Made by a program: the position numbers and the translations under genes. This document shows, in pieces, positions 1-12,075 of a DNA stretch of 64,000 nt. The notes below the pieces were generated by a model that was not told the DNA's origin, ran no database searches, and saw nothing but the letters and a program-made list of their open reading frames with translations. Source of the stretch: Octopus sinensis (Eukaryota); contig NC_043014.1 in assembly GCF_006345805.1 (NCBI RefSeq), positions 55,180,001-55,244,000 of the forward strand. The letters run 5' to 3'. How positions within the stretch are numbered: position 1 is the stretch's first letter; each line of letters begins with the position of its first letter.

Positions 1-94
1 TGTTACCCTGTGTTGCGCCCAATGTATTTTTGTGAACCCTTGACAGCTGTCATATCTACTAAAAGACTATTAATGACAATTACATTTGATCAGT

Positions 95-240
95 GTGTAA
101 CTGGTACTTAATTTATTGACCCCGAAAGGATGGAAGGCAAAGTCGACCTCGGCGGAATTTGAACTCACAACGTAACGGCAGACGAAATACCGCTAAGCAT
201 TTCGTCCAGCGTGCTAACGATTCTGCCAGTTCACTGTCTT
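95..240 (-). mobile_element. SINE family B copy (tRNA-like head plus central Meta-like box)
   Basis: Minus strand reads GAACTGGCAGAATCGTTAGC (A-box like) ... GAGTTCAAATTCC (B-box) ... GACTTTGCCTTCCATCCTTTCGGGGTCAATAAATTAAGTACCAG; more than 12 homologous copies in the window. The Meta-domain label is recalled similarity, not an alignment. Confidence 0.85.
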
Positions 241-1404
241 TATACCTGTATAACCATACTCAATCTTATTGTGTTGTGTGTTTGTAACCCTTTTCATATC
301 AATTTACCTGAGACTGTCTTTCGTTCCATAATTCAGAACAGTTAAAGGAAAACTTATCCTAAAAAAAAAAATTGCAAAATGAAAAAAAAAAGCTGTTTTC
401 TCTGTCAACCGACCCATAGAAAGAAAGTCAGTTTCTTTAACATGATTTTTCTAGTTTACAGTGTCTGTTTGTGTGTCTTCTTTATGGCAACATTTCCTAT
501 GGCAAAATTTTCCCACGACAAAAGTGTTTACAGCAAATTTTTTCAGACACAATTCAAAACAGCCTGTTTTAAATTGTTTGTATTTAAATTAAAACCATCC
601 ACTGTAATTTTATGTGAGAACCTGTTGTTCACTTATGTCCCAAACATCAATTTAATGACAACAGAATTGATAATTTTTTACTCAACACCTCCGTATTCTT
701 GATTGTTTTCTTAACTGCGAGATATTAATGATATGGTTAGAAAAGGATTAAGTTGAACTCAAGTTAGTGAGAGGACAAGTTCAAAGAAGCATATATCGTG
801 ATTTTGTATCTCCTCAGAGCCCATCAGGTTAGAATTTGGCAAACTGTAGATTTAGGACCGTTGAGCCAGATGCAGGGGCATATGAGGGATTAGGAATGCT
901 GGGTGGGGGGATAAGGTGAGCAATTTGGAAACAAAGAAATACTCACAAAAACTTAAATAAATAGTTGTCCATGTGCAATATGAAAATTAAAAAAATCTAG
1001 ATTGAAATTTCTAGAGTTGAAGGGCCATGTCCAGCCTGCTTCTTGCTGGATTAGTTACAAAGGTGTGAGGGGCCACACCTGAGAAGCAGAAGCCAAGAAA
1101 TTCGGCCTGGCAAGTTAAGTCTGTGGAGCAAAAGCCATGAAGTCAGATCTGCAAAGCTATATCCAAGAAATCAGGCCCAAGAAGCCAGACTCATAGAACC
1201 AGGCCAAGAGAGTCAGATGCAGGAAACTAGGACTCAGGGAAGGCAGACTGAGGATCAAGACTCAAGAGTCATATGGTCTTGCAATCATGCCTAAAGCTTA
1301 TAAACATTATTTCACACCAAGAAAGTGCTAAGCATTTGACAAATAGTGATGTAATTGACTTAGAAGAATTACTAAACAGCTAATTAATTAATATTAATTT
1401 CAAA

Positions 1405-1719
1405 TTTTGACACAAGGCCTGAAATTTCTGGATATGGATCAAGTTGATTACATTGACCCCTATAGTCACTGGTACTTATTCTATTGACCCTTGAAAGGAT
1501 GAAAGGTGAAGCTGACCTCAGTGGAATTTGAACTCAGAATGTAAAGAAGGCGCAGGAGTGGCTGTGTGGTAAGTAGCTTGCTAACCAACCACATGGTTCC
1601 GGGTTCAGTCCCACTGCGTGGCATCTTGGGCAAGTGTCTTTTGCTATAGCCTCGGCCCGACCAAAGCCTTGTGAGTGGATTTGGTAGACGGAAACTGAAA
1701 GAAGCCTGTCGTATATATG

Positions 1720-1765
<46 letters not shown>

Positions 1766-2030
1766 TTTGTCCCCCTAGCATTGCTTGACAACCGATGGTG
1801 GTGTGTTTACGTCCCCATCACTTAGCGGTTCAGCAAAAGAGACCGGCAGAATAAGTACTGGGCTTACAAAGAATAAGTCCCGGGGTCGATTTGCTTGACT
1901 AAAGGCGGTGCTCCAGCATGGCCGCAGTCAAATGACTGAAACAAATAAAAGAGTAAAGAGTAAGAAGAAATGCTGCCAAGCATTTAGCATGCCATTCTAA
2001 TGATTCTGCCAGTTCACTGCCTTAGCGAGT
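1405..2030 (-). mobile_element. SINE family B copy split by the family A insertion at 1549-1960
   Basis: B sequence runs 1405-1548 (..GAACTCAGAATGTAAAGA) and resumes at ~1965-2030 (..CATTTAGCATG..GATTCTGCCAGTTCACTGCC). Confidence 0.75.
1549..1960 (+). mobile_element. SINE family A, full length (tRNA head, core, internal (TA)n(TG)n, AAAGAGT tail)
   Basis: GGCGCAGGAGTGGCTGTGTGGT (A-box) .. GGGTTCAGTCCC (B-box) .. CTTGGGCAAGTGTC .. microsatellite .. CCAGCATGGCCGCAGTCAAATGACTGAAAC..AAAAGAGT; about 15 similar copies in the window. Confidence 0.9.
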
Positions 2031-2124
2031 TAATTAATATTAACACTAGTTAACAATCATTTGTTATCAGTGATAGTATTAAACAGGAAGGTGGTATAAG
2101 AAGATATTTATAATATCCCCGAGC

Positions 2125-2475
2125 CCCGTGCTAGTAGGGTATTAAGAGCACCATCCGAGCGTGATCGTTGCCAGAGCGGCTATCTGGCCTCCGTGCCAGT
2201 GACACATAAAAGGGCACCATTCGAGCGTGATCGTTACCAGCATCACCTTACTGGCACCTGTGCCGGTGGCATGTGTAAAAGATTCGAGCGAGGTCGATGC
2301 CAGCATCGCCTGACTGGCCCTGCGCCGGTGGCATGTAAAAGCACCCACTACACTCTTGGAGTGGTTGGCGTTAGGAAGGGCATCCAGCCATCTGGTCCGC
2401 CAGTCCTCAGTCAAAATCGTCCAACCCATGCTAGCATGGAAAGCGGACGTTAAACTATGATGATGATGATGATGA
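2125..2475 (+). mobile_element. Family C: RTE-related 3' end with ~60-bp tandem units and (GAT)n tail
   Basis: Repeated GTGCCGGTGGCA(C/T)GTAAAA units, then GTTGGCGTTAGGAAGGGCATCCAGC .. AACCCATGCTAGCATGGAAAGCGGACGTTAAA and (ATG)n. Confidence 0.85.
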
Positions 2476-3316
2476 TTAAGTTGGTAAGAAAAGTGCTTGC
2501 AGGTAACAAGTCAATGACACAACTCTCCTTCTTGAAACAGATTGGTAAATCTAATAAACGTGACAGAAGACGGCAAATGGAACTGGTTAAAATGTACTTT
2601 ACAACAGAATTATCTTTAAAACACACACACACACACACACAAACATAAAAGTAAAGAAAAAAAATTTAAAAAAAAGAAAAGAAACCAAAGAAAATACACA
2701 CACTTGCCTTTAGTACTAGATTAGAGAAATGCACTTTACTTTGATATTTGGAAAGGGAGTAGGGGGTGGGGTTGTTAATGATAGCAACAAATAATGAAGG
2801 TGAATAAAGATGATTAAACGGAATATCTTTACTTGCAATACATAAAACAACAACAACCATCATCATCATCACCACTATCATCATCATCATCATCATTGCT
2901 AAGCTTCTGCTCGTATATAATTTGTGGTGTGTTCCACTAAAAACCAAAAATTTCTCATTCCACTTTTGGCTTCCTCGTGTCCTTGTCAATAATAAACGTA
3001 AGGCTTTCTTTTTCTTGTCCACTCACCGAAGTTATTTTATTGCCAATATTCAAAGAACGCAAGGCGACAGGCTCAGCAGACTTGCAGAATGGTCAGCAGA
3101 CCAGGCGAAGAGTTTAGCGGCATTTTCTCTATTTTCTCATTCTGATTGCAAATTCTGCCAAGGTAGACTTTGCCTTTCATCCTTTTGGGATCAATAAAAT
3201 AAGTCAAATTCATTATAAAATTTATTTCGACCGAGACCGAATTTCACTTGACAGTTTAGAGAACTGGTTGAATAAGCTGCCAGGTGAAACTTAAAGTTGC
3301 AGTCAAAATCAATTAT

Positions 3317-3352
<36 letters not shown>

Positions 3353-3469
3353 CATGGTATTGAGCAGACTATTGGGTGTTGTTATACATCACTGGTCACA
3401 ATGTGCTTCACATTGTTTTAGCTTTCAAATGATGCTGGCCAAGTGAGCAGGCCAACATTCCTTCCGATC

Positions 3470-3632
3470 GGAAGATCAATCCATCAGAGTGTTACCTATT
3501 TACAGGTGAGTAGACTGGAATAGTGCGAAACAAAGCATTTCACTTATGAACACAATGCGCTGACCAGACTGGGAATCGAACCCACGACCTAGCAATCATG
3601 AGTGCAAAATGCTAACCACTAGGCCACACACC
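3470..3632 (-). mobile_element. SINE family E (tRNA-derived head), degenerate
   Basis: Minus strand GTGTGGCCTAGTGGTTAGC..GGTCGTGGGTTCGATTCCC; homologous to 55268-55590. Confidence 0.7.
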
Positions 3633-5074
3633 TTTACACATGTATGTACCACACAAACACACACACATCTCTTTCTCTCTCTCTTTCAAAGCTTTCCTTA
3701 CACTCCTGCATTTCATTCCAATACAGCCATGTTGTGGCCTTAGCTTCATTATATTTTAAAACTTCTTTTCCAAAATATTGTCTCATTTTTCCAAGAAAAA
3801 TAGTTTTTGGCAATGTTTCATTTACGAGTCTGTCTAATTCCTCGTCTATTAATTATCTGGAGATGCATTATTTACGACTTTAAGACTAAAAACAAAATCA
3901 ATTGCTATAACAACCTGACATAATAGGATTTACTAAATATATATTAAAATTGGCCACCTCTCTAAGTCTCACATAACGAGAGAGAGAGAGAGAGGAAAAG
4001 AAGAGAAGGAGAGCAAAAAGAAATTAGAGTAAAGAAAATGAAATAAAAACAAAAGAAGAACAAAAAAGCTTCATTAGCCAGAAATAATTCAAATAAAAAG
4101 CAAGAGAAAATTCTAGTAATGGAAAATACAGGCGGATGAATAAACGCAATCTTAGTTATCATAAATGTAATTTCGTTTCTATTTTCTGTATTACCAATAA
4201 CATATTTTAGTCCGTACACACCGAAGCGCATGTATTAGCCTTCAGACAATTCAATTTTTAACCAATATTTCACTTAAAGAAAATAAAATAATAAAATCAT
4301 AAAATAAATTCAAGAAAAGCTAAAAACACACATACAAAAAAAAAACTTCTGAAACATGGCTAGCAGCTATGTGTGTGCGTGTGCTTAAGTATACATGTGT
4401 GTGTATAAATATACATGTGTGCGTGCGTATATATATATATATATATATAATGAAGTAAAATTGTATGCCAACATTTGAAATATTGATCAAAACACTAAGA
4501 TGCATATAATTTCTTTTAACATAAGGAGATCGTTGCCTAGCAACCACTGAAGTTTGGCCTAAAGAGAGATTTGGATCCAAAAACAAAATCGCATCTATTG
4601 TAGTCTAGTTATCCATATATGGCTGGCTATAGACTAAATGAAGCGCTGGAAGAATTTTTAACTCAAATTCGTTAATGACTGATAATTAAGTATCTCATCT
4701 AGGTTAGCAATTTACTTCAATGCTAACGAGCAAGCCTCTATGCAAGTGCCAAAGAGCGAGCCTCCATGCAAGTACCTACAAGATATGAAAGACCCTCTGC
4801 ACATACCAACGGATTTTGTATGTGGTTACTTCCCCTGCTAAATGTAGCAGCCAACTCTCCTTCAAAGTCCACAGTGGTCTCTTAAAAATGGATAAATAAA
4901 TTAGTTCAGAATGCATGCATAAACTTATATGTATATGTTTTATATACATATAAGTGTCTTGGGGATCACAAGTACTTTATTACCTCCCCTTCTTCTCACT
5001 TCTGTCCAACTACCTTTTTCCAACCAGTTGCCATGATTGACCACTAAATCCACAAGTTGTTTTTACTCTCTCTC

Positions 5075-5175
5075 CTCATGTTCCTTTCTGTTGTTGAGTG
5101 TAGGCTCAAAATGTAAAAGACTTCCTCACCTTCCTGAGCATCAAACTAATACACCTGTCTTTGTCTTACGTCTTT
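5075..5175 (+). mobile_element. Degenerate relative of the 8882-9071 hammerhead-bearing element
   Basis: TCCTTTCTGTTGTTGAGTGTAGGCTCAAAATGTAAAAGAC..TTCCTGAGC..ACTAATAC aligns by eye to 8935-9010; ribozyme core decayed. Confidence 0.55.
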
Positions 5176-5211
5176 CTGTAAATTTCAACTACGTATGTGT
5201 GCATGCGCGAG

Positions 5212-5287
<76 letters not shown>

Positions 5288-5289
<2 letters not shown>

Positions 5290-5398
5290 CTTTACTACCC
5301 ACAAGGGGCTAACCACAGAGGGGACAAACAAGGATAGACAAACGGATTAAGTTGATTACATCGACCCCAGTAACTGGTACTTAATTTATCGATCCCCA
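5288..5398 (-). mobile_element. SINE family B 3' half
   Basis: Reverse complement of the B tail seen at 40600-40710. Confidence 0.8.
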
Positions 5399-5620
5399 GT
5401 GAGCTGGCAGAATCGTTAGCATGTTGGGCAAAATGCTTAGCAGCATTTCGTTCCTCTTTATGTAGAGTTTAAATTCCACCAAGGTGGACTTTGCCTTTCA
5501 TCCTATCAGGGACAATAAATTAATAAGTACCAGTTGAGCACTGGGGTCGATGTAATCGACTACTCCCCTGCCCCTAAATTGCTGGCCTTGTGTCAAGATT
5601 TGAGATCAATATTTCCAGGC
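5397..5620 (+). mobile_element. SINE family B copy with alternative tail
   Basis: GTGAGCTGGCAGAATCGTTAGC..GACTTTGCCTTTCATCC..CTGGGGTCGATGTAATCGAC..GGCCTTGTG. Confidence 0.8.
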
Positions 5621-6469
5621 TATCTCCATACTGGCATCATCTCAAACACACCACTGGCACAAAGTAGGCCTCTTCTGACTGAACAGATAAAACAAAAACA
5701 AACAAAAACAAACAAATAAAATAAAATAGAAAATGACTTTTGTGTGCCCAGCATGTATAATTGGAACTAAAATGTTCACGCTTGGTTGCATTTCCAAGTA
5801 ACAGGCTCTTTAACTATCGCCAATAAGTGGAATAAATGATGGAGGGGGGGGGGGCGGAGAGTCATTGATGAAGTTTAAATTTTATTTCAATGATGCTACA
5901 TTTGCATGAATAAACCAGACACAAAATACTCACTTTTCCTCCTCCTTTCTCTCTCCTTCCTCTCTTTTTTCCCTCCTCCTTTCTCTCTCTCCTCTTTCCT
6001 TCCTCCTTTCTCTCTTCCTCTTCTCTTTCTTTCCTCCCCCCCACACAGCAGATGCTAGCATGGAAAGAGGACATTAAAAGATGGTCGTCATCATCATCAT
6101 CATCATCATCATCATGAAGGTGATGAGAAAGCCCCTATGCAGTCACTTGACTTGCTAGAAATAACAATTAAATCTCCCTGGTATTTTAAGAAAAACAAAG
6201 AAGGCACTGAACAATGTAATCCCATATCGACTATGTGCAAACGGGAGGGAAAACATTAGAAAAAATTACAGCATTGGTCATGGCTGGAATGGGTTTGATC
6301 ATTGGTCTACTTGATCAAAGCTGACCTAGGGTTAAAACCCATTAAAAACATTGTCTCTCTTCAATTTCCTTGGTTCTTCTTAACAATTGATCTCTCCTCT
6401 TTTTAGTTCGCATTGTCCTTTGAATTAATATATTTACAAACTTAAGCAAATGGGCCAATACCAATACCA

Positions 6470-6640
6470 GTCAACTGACCGACTAACTGACTGATCAATT
6501 GACCAGCACACCAACCGACTGACTGACCAACCAATCAAACAGCCAACTGACCAATTGACCAACCAGCCAACCAATCAATGGACCAAGCAACTGACTGTCA
6601 GACTGATCGACTGATCTATCGACCAACCAACTTGACCATT
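6470..6640. repeat. Degenerate (ACCA/ACTG)n tetranucleotide repeat
   Basis: Runs of CCAA, CTGA and GACC motifs. Confidence 0.7.
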
Positions 6641-6780
6641 AAAAAACATTAACCTAAAGTTCTCTTTTCAAAATGACAATTTGTCCAGTTCTATCTAATC
6701 AGTTCCATGATCTAATGGGTGGTAAGTACAGAGCTTAGTGGCTACATGTAGGATAACATGTAGGAATAGTTTATAGCATA

Positions 6781-6955
6781 GGCGCAGGAGTGGCTGTGTG
6801 GTAAGTAGCTTGTTTATCAACCACATGGTTCCGGGTTCAGTCCCACTGCGTGGCACCTTGGGCAAGTGTCTTCTAGTATAGCCTCGGGCCGACCAAAGCC
6901 TTGTGAGTGGATTTGGTAGACGGAAACTGAAAAGAAGCCCGTCGTATATATGTAT

Positions 6956-6995
<40 letters not shown>

Positions 6996-7221
6996 GTATG
7001 TGTGTATGTGTTTGTGTGTCTGTGTTTGTCCTCCTAGCATTGCTTGACAACCGATGCTGGTGTGTTTATGTCCACGTCACTTAGCGGTTCGGCAAAAGAG
7101 ACCGATAGAATAAGTAATGGGCTTACAAAAGAATAAGTCCCGGGGTCGAGTTACTCGATTAAAGTCAGTGCTCCAGCATGGCCGCAGTCAAATGACTGAA
7201 ACAAGTAAAAGAGTAAAAGAG
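6781..7221 (+). mobile_element. SINE family A, full length, with a 48-bp flanking duplication
   Basis: Family A consensus; AGAGCTTAGTGGCTACATGTAGGATAACATGTAGGAATAGT(T/A)TATAGC at 6730-6777 and 7218-7265. Confidence 0.9.
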
Positions 7222-7949
7222 CTTAGTGGCTACATGTAGGATAACATGTAGGAATAGTATATAGCTTAGAGAGGAGAAAGACTGATCTGCAGAGTGTAGA
7301 GAAATCTTTGGTAAGAGAAATCATAGATTTGCAGCAGGCACTGATCTTTGGTAAGTTGCATCGAGATTTCGTGAAGAGGAAATAAATCTAACGGCAAGAT
7401 ACTGAACTATTAGACATTGATCAAGAACGAGATTGGCAGAGAGTAAAAATATTGGTTGGGTCTAAGTCGGCAGACATGATTGCAAACAACAAAACCAAAG
7501 AATGGAAGAGAACAGCCATCCAAATAAATAATGTCTACCGAGGAATTTGATGCTTTCTTTGGAAAGCAAGAAACACCTTCTTTCTCTTTTTCTTCTTCTT
7601 CTTCTTCTTCCAGCAAGATCGACAGTTCCTTGAGAATCTTGTGCTATTTTGGTTTCCAAGTTTAATTGAATCAATAATTAACTAATCCATCTGATACCTT
7701 TGCTTAATATCCTTCAAGGAAAGAGACAAACAAAACAAAAAACAAAAATAAAAAAAAGGCCATCAACATTTTATTTACAGTTTCTCAGTTTTAAGCTGAA
7801 GAGTTTTTCTCTTACTAATAAGCTTGCTTCTGTTACTGCTGCTGCTAACAACAACATTACAGCTGAAGTATACACACACACACACACACACAGATGATAG
7901 ATAGATAGATATAGTAATCTTTTAAACTGTATATATATACATATATATA

Positions 7950-8346
7950 GGCGCAGGAGTGGCTGTGTGGTAAGTAGCTTGTTTACCAACCACATGGTTC
8001 CGGGTTCAGTCCCACTGCATGGGACCTTGGGCAAGTGTCTTCTGCTATAGCCTCGGGCAGACCAAAGCCTTGTGAGTGGATTTGGTAGACGGAAACTGAA
8101 AAGAAGCCCGTCATATATATGTATGCATATATATATATATGCGTGTGTGTTTGTCCCCCTAGCATTGCTTGACAACCGATGCTGGTGTGTTTACGTCCCC
8201 GTCACTTAGCGGTTCGGCAAAAGAGACCGATAGAATAAGTACTGGGCTTACAAAAGAATAAGTCCCGGGGTCGAGTTGCTCGATTAAAGGCGGTGCTCCA
8301 GCATGGCCGCAGTCAAATGACTGAAACAAGTAAAAGAGTAAAAGAG
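7950..8346 (+). mobile_element. SINE family A, full length
   Basis: Family A consensus from GGCGCAGGAGTGG to the AAAAGAGT tail. Confidence 0.9.
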
Positions 8347-8449
8347 TATACAGAAAAAGAAAGAGAGAAACATTGTTTTAAAGCTATATATATATGTGTG
8401 TGTATATACACACACACACACCACATAAATAACACCCATGCTGGTGCCG

Positions 8450-8670
8450 CATAAAATGCGTCCATGCTGGTGCCATGTAAAAGGCTTCTGTTCTGGCCCC
8501 ACGTAATAAGCACCCAGTAGACTCTGTAAAATGGTTGGCATTAGGAAGGGCATCCAGTCATAGAAACCATACCAAGATAGACAATTGGAGCCTGGGGCAG
8601 CTCTGCAGTTTGCCTGCTCCTGTCAAACCATCCAACCCATGCCAGCATGGAAGATGAACTTAAATCATGA
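8450..8670 (+). mobile_element. Family C, degenerate 3' end
   Basis: GTGCCATGTAAAAGG..GGTTGGCATTAGGAAGGGCATCCAG..AACCCATGCCAGCATGGAAG. Confidence 0.75.
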
Positions 8671-8881
8671 TATATAGATGGAGAAAGCAGCATCGTTTTA
8701 CAACTATATAGATGAATGCATTTATGTGTGTGTGTAACCCCTACATACGCCTGTCCAGACCTATCCTAGGGTCATTCAACCCTATTATCAACCCTATTAT
8801 CTCCCCTTATTTCGCTCTCGTGTCTCATGTTTGATCTTTGACCTCTGGCTGAAATCAGATCGCCATGTTGATTCGTTAGTT

Positions 8882-9071
8882 ACTGCACGCATTTTTTTCT
8901 CTCCTTCTTTCTGTGTTTTTTTTCTCTCTGTGTATCTTTCTGTTGAAGAGCGTAGGCTCGAAACGTTAAAGACTTGTTTTATTTATATTTCCTGAGCGCC
9001 ATACTAATACAATTGTTTGTTTGTTTTCCACCTGCCTTCGTCTTTTGTCTATTTTCATAAAGCTTCCCGTT
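8882..9071 (+). mobile_element. ~190-bp Penelope-like terminal-repeat element with hammerhead-like motif
   Basis: Near-identical copy at 33092-33281; contains TCTTT-CTGTTGA-A-GAGC-GTAG-GCTC-GAAACGTT-AAAGA; abuts (TA)n. Confidence 0.7.
8935..8972 (+). ncRNA. Minimal type I hammerhead ribozyme-like fold (variant core CUGUUGA)
   Basis: Helix I TCTTT/AAAGA, helix II GAGC/GCTC with GTAG loop, GAAA, palindromic ACGT helix III. Confidence 0.6.
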
Positions 9072-10124
9072 ATATATATATATATATACTTTATTTAAAA
9101 GCAGCAGAAAATTCAACAAAATCTGTTACTCTGAGTTTCACGTTCCCGTTTGTCGGACAGTTTTTGCTAGCAAAGGTTTTGTTGAATTTTCTGCTGCTTT
9201 TCAATAAAGCATATTACTCTACCACTGGTATTTGAGTACTCTTTTTTCCACCTTGTTTCACATTTATGTGTTTACTCCGGTATATGTATATATATATATA
9301 TACATATAAAACAGACAAATGTTCTTGACAATTCACATCACAAAAGGGATTTTTTTCTAGCATTAAAAAAAAAAAAAACCAGTAGAAGTTCCCTGTCACA
9401 GATCTTATGAATAAAAATAAAACCCAAAGATGAAGAATAAGGTATAAAACGAAAATAAATAAATACATTTAAAAGAAGCCTTCAACAGCAACAGAACTTC
9501 CTGTTCTGTAAAATAGAACCAACTTATATAATAAACCATGACAGATTTCTGTTTAAATAATAACAATAATGATAATCGGTAAAGCTGTTAATCTCCTCAA
9601 CAGAAGAATTCTTCTTAGGTGTCAGGAAAATAGAATGTCGGTCTATCACACCAGCTGAAGAATTAGTCTTCTTTTACACAGATACACAGAGCTGGGGGGT
9701 TTTTTTCTCTCTTTTTTTCCGCTCTATATTTATTTTTATGTTTACTATTTTTCCAATTATTTTTTTTCTCTATTTTTTTTCCTTACCTTCTAAATCCAGA
9801 TAAATCAATAGAAAATCTAGTGATAGCTAACTAGTTCAACTGTCTACGAGAGTATATGCAACATTCAGAATAATTTACTTGAAATATTTATGGAAAAAAA
9901 AACAACAAAAAAAAACACTGCATCTCAGCTATTTTTTTAAAATAGATTACATGAAAAAACAAAAAAAAAAGTTGTGTTTTATTCTCAGCCAAGTAAAAGA
10001 AAATATATTTTTTAATGTTTATATCGAAATTAGATCTGTGTCCGTCAGGTGTCGTGAGACGGAGACGTATTCTGATAATCTATTTGTTCTATAGACCTAT
10101 GTGGTTTATGCTAAAACTGAACCT

Positions 10125-10343
10125 ATTTCTTTACTACCCATAATGGGCTAAACACAGAGGACAGACACAAGGATTAAGTCGATTATATCGACCCCAGTGC
10201 GTAACTGGTACTTGTTTAATCGACCCCGAAAGGATGAAAGGCAAAGTCAACCTCGGCGGAATTTGAACTCACAACGTAACGGCAGACGAAATACCGCTAA
10301 GCATTTCACCCGGCGTGCTAACGTTTCTGCCAGCTCGCCGCCT
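10125..10343 (-). mobile_element. SINE family B, full length
   Basis: Close to family B consensus from the AAGGCGGCGAGCTGGCAGAA head to the GGGTAGTAAAGAAATAGG tail. Confidence 0.9.
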
Positions 10344-10860
10344 TGCTAAAACTGAACCATTGAGGAAACCTTTATGGGGTTGCCCAACTGGCCCCAAAAT
10401 AGCAGAGAAATCTCCCGCAAATCATGCTCTATAGAAGAGCACACTAGATCGTGCAATCATTATCCTGGCTGTGTGGTAAGAAGTTTGCTTCCCAACCACA
10501 TGGTTGTGGGTTCAGTCCCACTGCATGGTGTCTAGGACAAGTGTCTCCCACTATAGCCTCAGGCAGGCAGACTAAAGCCCTGAGTGGATTTCGTAGATGG
10601 AAACTGGAAAAAACCTGTCAATTAGCTGCACCCCACCCCGTTTTATTTGTCTCAATCATTGGACTCTGGCCATGATGGGAGAGCAATTGGAAGAGTTTTA
10701 ATCAACCACATCCAACCCCATAATCACTTTTGTAAAGCCTGGTGCTGATTCTATTGTTCCCTTTTGCCAAACCGTTAAGTTATGAGGACATAAACACACC
10801 GATACAGGTTGCTGAGTAGTGGTGGAGGGGATAAACACCAACACAAAGACACACACACAC

Positions 10861-11789
10861 ACAGAGAAAGTCGAAAATTATCTGCACTTTCACCATAACA
10901 TATCTTTATGTCACACTGCCTTCTGCGCATTCGTGCTTTTAGTTGGTACTATTGTGGTCACACGATCAAAGTTTGAACCTGATCATGCCATTTTTTCTTT
11001 TTTTGGCTTTACAGTGTAAGCATGGCCGTTCCACAGAGAAGAACAAGGATCAGTGATCCGATTAGTCATGGATCTGCCTGTCAAATCATCCACAATGAGC
11101 TCGGCTTCCTTAAAGTCTGTGCAAGATGGGTGCCAAGAGAGCTTCCTGCAAAGCACAAGTGCAAACAGCTTGAAGGTTGCCAAAGTTTACTTGATTGCTA
11201 TAACAAGGGGGAGAGATTTTTGAGCAGAATAGTCACAGGAGATGAAACATGGCATTACGAGGCAGAATCCAAAGGACAGAGCATGGAATGGAAACATCCT
11301 TGCTTCCCAGCGAAGAAAAAAATTCAAGACACAGTCTAACTCTTTTTTGGGACTCGAAAGGGCCCTATACTGGAAGACTGGCAGGAAAAGGGGTGTACGA
11401 TCAACAGTGCAAGATACAGTGCTTTGCTGGCCAACAAACGGAAGCCAGCAATTCGCACCAAACGCCGAAGCCTGTTGTCGAAGAAAGTTTTGTTGTTGCA
11501 TGACAATGCACGCCCACACACGGCCGCCCAAACTTGAAACCATTCACCATTTGGGTTTTGAGGTGCTGGAACACCCTGCCTACGGCCTAGATCTCGTCCC
11601 TTTCGACTATCATATCTATGGACAGCTCAAGGATGGTTTATGAGGTCATTGATTTCCTACAGATGAAGATGTGAAGCAGTACTTAAATAGTAGCACAACC
11701 AATCTAAAACATTCTTCTTGGAGAGAATATGCAAGATTGAGGACCACTGGACCAAGTGCATCGAAAAGCAAGGAGACTATATGGAGAAA
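10861..11789 (+). mobile_element. Decayed mariner (DD34D-type) transposon with frameshifted transposase
   Basis: ORF pieces contain IIHNELGFLKVCARWVPREL, IVTGDETW, QSMEWKHP, FWDSKG, LLLHDNARPH, EHPAYGLDLVPFDY and WTKCIEKQGDYMEK; left TIR-like GTCGAAAATTATCTGCAC at ~10870; right end replaced by family C. Internal deletions, frameshifts and stops. Confidence 0.92.
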
Positions 11790-12075
11790 CGATGATGATG
11801 ATCATCATCATCGTTTAACGTCTGTTTTCCATGCTGGCATGGGTTGGACGGTTCAACTTGGGGTCTGGGAAGCCAGGGGCTGCACCAGGCTCCAGTTTGA
11901 TCTGGCAGTGTTTCTACAGCTGGATGCCCTTCTTAACGCCAACCACTCCGTGAGTGTAGTGGGTGCTTTTTACATGCCACCTGCACAGGTGCCAGGGGAG
12001 TCTGGCATCGGCCACGATCGGTTGGTGCTTTTAACGTGCCACCGGCACGGAAGCCAGCCAAGGCAGCGCTATGCC
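11790..12075 (-). mobile_element. Family C copy
   Basis: CATCATCATCGTTTAACG..CAGCTGGATGCCCTTC..GTGAGTGTAGTGGGTGCTTTTTAC..GTGCCACCGGCAC. Confidence 0.88.

Noticed and set aside
1534-1791. Recurrent MSSNARGTN../MLGGQTQT.. ORFs (also 6817, 7771, 30597, 43221, 61751)
   Set aside because: Antisense frames of SINE family A; frame changes with microsatellite length.
7392-7550. 52-codon open frame RQDTELLDIDQERDWQRVKIL..
   Set aside because: No start or good acceptor, no recognisable homology; length is within chance.
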